Source: Hyphomicrobiales bacterium (GTDB taxonomy: Bacteria; Pseudomonadota; Alphaproteobacteria; Rhizobiales; Rhizobiaceae). Taken from it: 64,000 bases of DNA. Under the pieces are notes generated by a model. That model saw only the letters and a list, made by a program, of their open reading frames with translations, was not told the DNA's origin and did no database searches. A program made the translations under genes and the position numbers. The stretch covers positions 29,087 through 93,086 of the forward strand of contig PAPH01000005.1 in the NCBI GenBank assembly GCA_002709005.1, written 5' to 3'. Within the stretch, counting starts at the first letter, position 1. Each line of letters opens with the position of its first letter. This document shows, one piece after another, positions 57,405 to 64,000 of the stretch.

Positions 57405-59756
57405 ATGGATATGAACGAAATCAAGGAGATCTTCTTCCAGGAGTGCGAGGAACAACTCGCCGAGCTGGAAACGGGTCTGCTCGCTCTCAACGATGGTGAC
57501 ACGGATCCGGAAACCGTGAATGCGGTTTTCCGTGCGGTCCACTCCATCAAGGGCGGGGCGGGAGCTTTCGGCCTGGACGACCTGGTCGGATTTGCCCATG
57601 TCTTCGAGACCACTCTTGATTGCGTTCGATCCCAGACGCTCGAGCCCACGCCCGATGTGCTGAAGGTCATGTTGCGCTCGGCCGACATTCTGGCCGACCT
57701 CACAGCCGCGGCACGCGAAGGCGGATCGGTCGACGCGGAGCGGACCGGCGTTCTCGCCAAGGAACTGGAAGCGCTGGCTCGGGGCGAGGCTCCGGAAGCA
57801 GCCGTCGCGCCTGCGCCGCCCAAGGCTCCAGCCGCCGCCGCACCGGCAGCCGAAGCCGCACCGGTCTCCGCGGAGCCCGAAACTGCACCCGCACCGACCG
57901 ACGATAGCGGTTTTCAGCCCGTGCCGTTCTCCTTCGACGATTTCGGCGACGAGGACGCGGATGCCGGGGATGCCGAAACGGCGTCCGAAGGGGATGACGA
58001 CGGCGAGGCGAAATTCACTGTCAGGTTCAAGCCGCGCTCCGACCTCTACGCCAATGGCAACGAAACCGTGCTGCTGCTTCGCGATCTCGCCAAGCTCGGG
58101 GAAATGCACGTGCGGTGCGAAACCGAAGACCTTCCCCCGATCGACAAGCTCGATCCGGAAGGCGCCTATCTGTCTTGGATCATCGAGATCAGGACGACGA
58201 GCAGCGAAGACGAAATCCGTTCGGTATTCGAATTCGCGGAATGGGATTGCCAGCTCGAGATCGCGGCTGGCGCGGCCGACGTCGAAGTGACCGTCGCGGC
58301 GACCGGTTCGCCGGACGAGGAAGCTCCGATGGCACCGGTTCCGTTCGATCTGTCGCTGCTCGAGGACGAAGCCCCGATTGCCGCCGAGGTCCAAGCCGAA
58401 GCCCCAGCCGCCGAAGCCGCGGCGCCCCAAGCCGAGCAGCCGGTTGCCTCCGACGATCTGCCGGCGCCGGAACTTCCCGCGGCCAGTGCTGCGATCGCCG
58501 CCAACAACGAAAAGCAGAAGGCTGCCTCCGTCGCCGCCGTGCCCGCCGCACCCCAGACGATCCGCGTCGATCTCGATCGCGTCGACCGGCTGATCAACCT
58601 GGTCGGCGAACTCGTCATCAACCAGGCCATGCTCGCCCAGAGCGTGGTCGAGAATGAAACCGGCGGAGCCTCCGCGATCAATCTCGGTCTCGAGGAGCTC
58701 CAGCAGCTCACCCGGGAAATCCAGGATTCCGTCATGGCGATCCGCGCGCAGCCGGTGAAGCCGGTCTTCCAGCGCATGTCCCGTATCGTTCGCGAAATCG
58801 CCGACATGACCGGCAAGAACGTCCGTCTGGTGACCGAAGGCGAGAACACCGAGGTCGACAAGACGGTCATCGACAAGCTTGCCGAACCGTTGACACACAT
58901 GATCCGCAACGCGGTAGACCACGGTCTCGAGACCCCGGAGAAGCGCGAAGCCGCCGGCAAGAGCCCGGAAGGCATGCTGAAGCTCTCGGCCAAGCACCGT
59001 TCGGGCCGTATCGTCATCGAGATTGCCGACGATGGCGCCGGCATCAACCGTGAACGCGTCCGCCAGAAGGCCATCGACAACGGTCTGATCACGGCGGAAC
59101 AGAACCTGCCCGATGAGGAAATCGACAACCTGATCTTCCATCCGGGCTTTTCGACCGCGGAGAAACTGTCGGATATCTCCGGCCGCGGCGTCGGCATGGA
59201 CGTGGTCAAGCGGTCGATCCAGTCGCTCGGCGGCCGGATCAGCATTTCCTCGACACCGGGGAAGGGCTCGATCTTCACGATGAGCCTGCCGCTCACGCTG
59301 GCCGTCCTGGACGGCATGGTGGTCACGGTTGCGGGCCAGACCCTCGTCGTTCCGCTGACCGCCATCGTCGAGACGCTCCAGCCGGAGAAGGAGCACATTC
59401 ATTCCTTCGGTTCCACGCAGCGGCTTATCGCCATCCGCGATACCTTCTGCCCGCTCGTGGATGTCGGACATATCCTGCGCTTCCGTCCCCACTACGCGGA
59501 CCCGATCGAGGGCGTTGCGCTTCTCGTCGAGAGCGAGGGCGGCGGCCAGCGCGCGCTCATGGTCGATGCAATTCAGGGCCAGCGTCAGGTAGTCATTAAG
59601 TCTTTGGAGGCAAATTACACCAGCGTGCCGGGAATTGCCGCCGCGACCATCCTTGGGGACGGTCGGGTCGCATTGATCCTGGACGTGGATTCCGTGGTGG
59701 CGGCGTCACGGGGTCAGTCGATGCGTGGAGATATGTCACTCGCTGCGGCAGGCTGA
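57405..59756 (+). CDS. cheA: Chemotaxis histidine kinase CheA
   Basis: FRAVHSIKGG, HMIRNAVDHG, SGRGVGMDVV, C-terminal CheW domain. Confidence 0.96.
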   Translation: MDMNEIKEIFFQECEEQLAELETGLLALNDGDTDPETVNAVFRAVHSIKGGAGAFGLDDLVGFAHVFETTLDCVRSQTLEPTPDVLKVMLRSADILADLTAAAREGGSVDAERTGVLAKELEALARGEAPEAAVAPAPPKAPAAAAPAAEAAPVSAEPETAPAPTDDSGFQPVPFSFDDFGDEDADAGDAETASEGDDDGEAKFTVRFKPRSDLYANGNETVLLLRDLAKLGEMHVRCETEDLPPIDKLDPEGAYLSWIIEIRTTSSEDEIRSVFEFAEWDCQLEIAAGAADVEVTVAATGSPDEEAPMAPVPFDLSLLEDEAPIAAEVQAEAPAAEAAAPQAEQPVASDDLPAPELPAASAAIAANNEKQKAASVAAVPAAPQTIRVDLDRVDRLINLVGELVINQAMLAQSVVENETGGASAINLGLEELQQLTREIQDSVMAIRAQPVKPVFQRMSRIVREIADMTGKNVRLVTEGENTEVDKTVIDKLAEPLTHMIRNAVDHGLETPEKREAAGKSPEGMLKLSAKHRSGRIVIEIADDGAGINRERVRQKAIDNGLITAEQNLPDEEIDNLIFHPGFSTAEKLSDISGRGVGMDVVKRSIQSLGGRISISSTPGKGSIFTMSLPLTLAVLDGMVVTVAGQTLVVPLTAIVETLQPEKEHIHSFGSTQRLIAIRDTFCPLVDVGHILRFRPHYADPIEGVALLVESEGGGQRALMVDAIQGQRQVVIKSLEANYTSVPGIAAATILGDGRVALILDVDSVVAASRGQSMRGDMSLAAAG

Positions 59757-59789
59757 TGCCCCGCGCGATTACAGGAAAGTCGAACGTCG

Positions 59790-60680
59790 ATGAACACGAA
59801 CGTTATTGCCGCAAGCGGAAAGCCGGATGACAGCCTGGTAGCGGGCGAATTCCCCATGACCCGCCGGGATCTCGCCGATATCGCGGCGATGATCCACGCT
59901 GATGCCGGTATAGCACTCAACGATACCAAGGCGTCGCTGGTCTATTCGCGCCTTTCGAAAAGGCTCCGTCGTCTTGGCTTCAAGGCCTTCAGCGACTATT
60001 GCCGTTTCGTCGAGGGCGAGGAGGGTGTGGCCGAGCGGCGCGAGATGCTTTCGGCGCTCACCACCAACTTCACCAAGTTCTTCCGCGAGAACCATCACTT
60101 CGAACATCTCGAGCAAACCGTGATGACGGATCTGATGGCCCGGGCCAAGGCGGGCGGGCGTGTGCGTATCTGGTCGGCAGGCTGTTCGGACGGCTCCGAG
60201 CCCTATTCGATCGCGCTCACCGTGCTGAAGGTGTTTCCGGAAGCCGCCAACCACGATTTCAAGATCCTAGCCACCGACATCGATCCGAAAATTCTCGAAA
60301 AGGCGAAGGCGGGGATCTACGAGGAGAGCTCGCTCGAAGGCGTCGATCCGGCCATTCGCAAACAGTATTTCCAGCGTCCCGCCAGCGGCGGTTGCGCGGT
60401 GGATGCCAAGGTCAAGTCCCTGATCACCTACCGCGAACTGAACCTGATGCAGCCCTGGCCGTTCCGCGGCCCGTTCGACGTCATCTTCTGCCGCAACGTG
60501 GTGATCTATTTCGATGAACAGACCCAGGCCAGAATCTGGACGCGCTACGCGCAGATGCTGTCGGTTTCGGGTCACCTTTATATCGGCCATTCCGAGCGAC
60601 TCTGGGGTGAGGCGAAGGACTGGTTCTCGAATGTGGGAATAACGACCTACCGCTATCTGGGAGGGGGAGAGCGGAAATGA
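59790..60680 (+). CDS. cheR: Chemotaxis methyltransferase CheR
   Basis: [31 protein letters not shown]. Confidence 0.95.
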   Translation: MNTNVIAASGKPDDSLVAGEFPMTRRDLADIAAMIHADAGIALNDTKASLVYSRLSKRLRRLGFKAFSDYCRFVEGEEGVAERREMLSALTTNFTKFFRENHHFEHLEQTVMTDLMARAKAGGRVRIWSAGCSDGSEPYSIALTVLKVFPEAANHDFKILATDIDPKILEKAKAGIYEESSLEGVDPAIRKQYFQRPASGGCAVDAKVKSLITYRELNLMQPWPFRGPFDVIFCRNVVIYFDEQTQARIWTRYAQMLSVSGHLYIGHSERLWGEAKDWFSNVGITTYRYLGGGERK

Positions 60681-61732
60681 TGAAAGCCAGGGTTCTCGTC
60701 GTCGACGATTCCGCCACGATGCGCGGATTGATCCGCAATGTGCTGTCGGCCGATCCGGAGATCGAGGTTGTCGGAGAGGCCGGTGACGCGATGGAGGCGC
60801 GCGCCGCCATCAAGCAGCTCAATCCCGATGTGGTCACGCTCGATGTCGAAATGCCGAACATGAACGGCCTCGAGTTTCTTGAAAAGATCATGACGCTTCG
60901 GCCCATGCCCGTGATCATGGTTTCGACGCTCACTCATCGTGGCGCGCAGGCAACTCTCGCCGCCCTCGAAATCGGGGCGTTCGATTGCGTCGGCAAACCC
61001 GTGCCGGGCGATGCCGCCCCCTTTGCCGGACTTTGCCAGACGGTCATCGCGGCGGCTCGCTCGCAGCGCCACAAGCATCGCGCGGCTCCGGCGCCGGCTC
61101 CGATGGTCGACGCGACGAGATCGGCCGCCTACCAGTACGCGCCGTCGCGCAAGATCATTGCGATCGGCGCCTCCACCGGCGGTGTCGAGGCGTTGATCCA
61201 GGTTCTCTCCAAGTTCCCGGAGAACTGCCCGCCGACCGTCATCACGCAGCACATGCCGGCCGCCTTCACCAAGAGCTTTGCCCAGCGCCTCGACCGCATC
61301 TGCAAGCCGAGGGTCAAGGAAGCCGAGGATGGCGACAGACTCGAGATCGGTCGCGTCTATCTCGCACCCGGCGGCGATCACCACCTGGAGATCGGAAACG
61401 CCACGGCTCCGGCGTGCCGGCTTGTCGAAAGCGAACCGGTGAACGGACATCGTCCGTCCGTTGACGTTCTGTTCAATTCCGTCGCCAGCCTCGCCGGGGG
61501 ACGTGCCGTCGGCGTGATCCTGACCGGGATGGGACGGGACGGGGCGAAGGGTCTGCTCAACATGCGTCAGGCCGGCGCCACAACAATCGGCCAGAATGAA
61601 AATACCAGCGTGGTCTACGGAATGCCGCGCGTCGCATACGAAATGGGCGCGGTAGCCACGCAACTGCCATTGAATGAGATCGGTGAGGAGATCCTCCGCT
61701 CCACCACCACACGCAAGGATAGGGTCGCGTAA
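60677..61732 (+). CDS. cheB: Chemotaxis methylesterase CheB
   Basis: Receiver domain; [27 protein letters not shown]. Confidence 0.96.
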   Translation: MMKARVLVVDDSATMRGLIRNVLSADPEIEVVGEAGDAMEARAAIKQLNPDVVTLDVEMPNMNGLEFLEKIMTLRPMPVIMVSTLTHRGAQATLAALEIGAFDCVGKPVPGDAAPFAGLCQTVIAAARSQRHKHRAAPAPAPMVDATRSAAYQYAPSRKIIAIGASTGGVEALIQVLSKFPENCPPTVITQHMPAAFTKSFAQRLDRICKPRVKEAEDGDRLEIGRVYLAPGGDHHLEIGNATAPACRLVESEPVNGHRPSVDVLFNSVASLAGGRAVGVILTGMGRDGAKGLLNMRQAGATTIGQNENTSVVYGMPRVAYEMGAVATQLPLNEIGEEILRSTTTRKDRVA

Positions 61733-62121
61733 TGTCTATCGCAGAGAAAATCAAAGTCCTGATCGTCGACGATCAGGTCACGAGCCGGTTGCTCCTGGGT
61801 GATGCGCTCCAGCAACTCGGCTTCAAGCAGATCACCGTCGCGGGCGATGGCGAGCAGGGCATGAAGATCATGGCCCAGCAACCCCATCACCTGGTGATCT
61901 CGGACTTCAACATGCCCAAGATGGACGGGCTGGGACTGCTGCAGGCGGTTCGCTCCAACCCCGCCACCAAACGGGCCGCCTTTATCATGCTGACCGCGCA
62001 GGGGGACCGGGCTCTGGTGCAGAAGGCCGCGGCCCTCGGCGCCAACAACGTCCTGGCCAAGCCCTTCACGATTCCGAAAATGCAGGCGGCTATCGAAGCC
62101 GTGTTTGGAGCTCTCAAGTGA
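61732..62121 (+). CDS. cheY: Chemotaxis response regulator CheY2
   Basis: VDDQ, SDFNMP, AKPF; follows cheB. Confidence 0.9.
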   Translation: MSIAEKIKVLIVDDQVTSRLLLGDALQQLGFKQITVAGDGEQGMKIMAQQPHHLVISDFNMPKMDGLGLLQAVRSNPATKRAAFIMLTAQGDRALVQKAAALGANNVLAKPFTIPKMQAAIEAVFGALK

Positions 62122-62678
62122 TATATGATCCGTCAACGCGGCGCGTTCACGTCATACAAGGCGAATACAAGGTTTCCAGTGACCCGGATGTCGTGCTTTG
62201 CACGATCCTCGGGTCCTGTGTGGCCGCCTGTATGCGAGATCCGGTGGCCGGAGTTGGCGGAATGAATCACTTTCTGCTGCCCGGCAATGTCTCATCGCCG
62301 GCATCCGGCAGCGAGGCCAGCCGCTACGGAGTCCATCTCATGGAGCTGTTGATCAACGGTCTTTTGAAGGCGGGGGCGCGGCGCGATCGCCTGGAGGCCA
62401 AGATCATCGGCGGCGCCAAGACCATCGCCTCGTTCTCCAATATCGGGGAGCAGAACGCACTCTTCGCAGAGAAGTTTCTCAAGGACGAAGGCATCAAGAT
62501 TGTCGGAATAAATGTCGGCGGGGACAATGGCCGCAAGCTCGAATACTGGCCCGTCAGCGGCCGCGCCCGGCAAATACCGCTGACCGGCGCGGAAACACGC
62601 AAGACGGTTGCCGCGGAGCAGGCGCTGCCGAAGCCCGAGACACGCAAGCCGGTCGAAACGTCGGTCGAGTTTTTCTAG
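62118..62678 (+). CDS. cheD: Chemoreceptor glutamine deamidase CheD
   Basis: [17 protein letters not shown]. Confidence 0.93.
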   Translation: MIYDPSTRRVHVIQGEYKVSSDPDVVLCTILGSCVAACMRDPVAGVGGMNHFLLPGNVSSPASGSEASRYGVHLMELLINGLLKAGARRDRLEAKIIGGAKTIASFSNIGEQNALFAEKFLKDEGIKIVGINVGGDNGRKLEYWPVSGRARQIPLTGAETRKTVAAEQALPKPETRKPVETSVEFF

Positions 62679-62691
62679 AGAGGTTCGTATC

Positions 62692-63081
62692 ATGGCCGCA
62701 AAAGATCGCGAAAACCAGGTTCTGCCCGAGCCCCTGTTCGATGTTCTCGGCAGGGTCAGCGGCGAATTGCGCGATGTTGCCATGCTCATCGAACAGCTCG
62801 AGCCGATGCTGTCGGACGGCCAGTCCGACGAGCATCTCCATTCCCCCGAGCACATGCGTCTGCTCCAAGGCATCGACCTCGCAGTCCAGAAGGCCAAGGG
62901 TCTTGCCGCCTTCCTCGATTGCCTGGGAGAGGAGCTTGATGTCGACCATCTCATCGACATCACCACGGCTCTCAATCTCGTCACGCTCGCCGACATGAAG
63001 ACGCGTCTGCGGGCCGCCGTCGAGAGCAAGAACTCGGCCGCGATCTATCAAGCGGCGTCCGGCGATCTCGACTTCTTCTGA
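62692..63081 (+). CDS. cheT: CheT-like chemotaxis protein
   Basis: LQGIDL..QK motif, C-terminal GDLDFF; last gene of the rhizobial che operon. Confidence 0.65.
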   Translation: MAAKDRENQVLPEPLFDVLGRVSGELRDVAMLIEQLEPMLSDGQSDEHLHSPEHMRLLQGIDLAVQKAKGLAAFLDCLGEELDVDHLIDITTALNLVTLADMKTRLRAAVESKNSAAIYQAASGDLDFF

Positions 63082-63202
63082 TCGTTCGGATCCGGACAGT
63101 TCTGGTCCGGCTCTGACCGAACACCCTCGCGCAAGTTTCGCTCCCTAGTGTGCCGAAAGGGCATTGGAAGCCGAAAACACTATCGGGCGGCGTGGGTACA
63201 GA

Positions 63203-64000
63203 ATGAATCTGTGGGACCAGCTATCACAAATCGGGAAAAACCTTGCGGGTCTGGGGCAGGCGCGTCTCATCGGCCTTGGTGCCGTGGGACTGGCGGCGAT
63301 CGCACTGATCGTTGTGGCCGGGATGTTCCTGAACAAACCGACTCGCGAAACGCTCTATATCGGCCTGTCCGGCGAGGATATCGCCCAGATTTCACAGGTA
63401 CTTGCCGAATCGAACATCGATTTCTCCACCGGTACCGATGGCTCCTCTATCACCGTGCCGGCCGGCGTGACCGGACGGGCCCGCATGCTCCTCGCCGAGC
63501 GCGGGCTGCCGTCCTCCTCGACCTCCGGCTATGAACTGTTCGATCAGGTGGGATCTCTCGGCCTGACGAGCTTCATGCAGGAAGTCACCCGTGTCCGGGC
63601 GCTCGAGGGCGAGATTGCCCGCACGATCCAGTCGATCAATGGAATATCCGCAGCTCGCGTCCACATCGTGCTCGCCGATCGCGGGAACTTCCGCCGCGGC
63701 GAACAGAAGCCGTCGGCATCCGTCATGGTTCGCACCAACGCGGCGACCGCCAATCGCGCCGCCGAGTCGATCCGCCATCTCGTCGCCTCGTCGGTGCCGG
63801 GACTGAGCGTCGATGAAGTGACCGTACTCGACGCGACCGGTCAGCTCCTGGCCTCCGGAGACGACTTCTCCAATTCCAATCTCAACCGTTCGCTCTCCAT
63901 CGTTCAGCTCGTGCAGAACGAGGTGCAGGACAATATCGACCGCGCCCTCGCACCCTTCCTCGGCATCGAGAACTTCCGCACCAGCGTCACCGCCGCGGTC
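63203..64000 (+). CDS. fliF: Flagellar M-ring protein FliF (3' end outside the window)
   Basis: MNLWDQL..; TLYIGL; GYELFDQVGSLGLTSF; RALEGEIARTI; ARVHIV. Confidence 0.93.
   Translation, partial: MNLWDQLSQIGKNLAGLGQARLIGLGAVGLAAIALIVVAGMFLNKPTRETLYIGLSGEDIAQISQVLAESNIDFSTGTDGSSITVPAGVTGRARMLLAERGLPSSSTSGYELFDQVGSLGLTSFMQEVTRVRALEGEIARTIQSINGISAARVHIVLADRGNFRRGEQKPSASVMVRTNAATANRAAESIRHLVASSVPGLSVDEVTVLDATGQLLASGDDFSNSNLNRSLSIVQLVQNEVQDNIDRALAPFLGIENFRTSVTAAV

Overview
GC-rich alphaproteobacterial chromosome segment with Rhizobiaceae-like gene order. From left to right: podJ (5' end outside the window); the ligase-associated DNA repair genes (pdeM, Lhr-like helicase, exonuclease, ATP-dependent ligase); housekeeping genes (MATE, pyrD, mscL); a CrbS/CrbR-like two-component pair with an ActP-like SSS transporter / DUF294 / receiver / PAS-exonuclease module; an Omp25/RopB porin next to tRNA-Thr(GGT); murA-hisD-infA-maf-yacG-tRNA-Phe(GAA); an accessory block (about 39.4-54.9 kb) with a xylose regulon plus a diheme protein and an FG-GAP protein; and the main che operon followed by the start of fliF. 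Main discovery: 49.1-53.6 kb holds a lasso-like RiPP locus with no cyclase in the window. It encodes an RRE (PqqD), a B2 leader peptidase, an HPr-kinase-like kinase and a nucleotidyltransferase. Next to these lie four tiny precursor genes (35-44 aa) missing from the ORF track. All four share a gap-free 18-residue leader motif YxxPx[LV][RD]Kxx[ILV]xLQx[IV]xA, followed by short Pro/Ser-rich cores that are unsuited to lasso formation. All family assignments come from motif recognition by eye; no database search was run.
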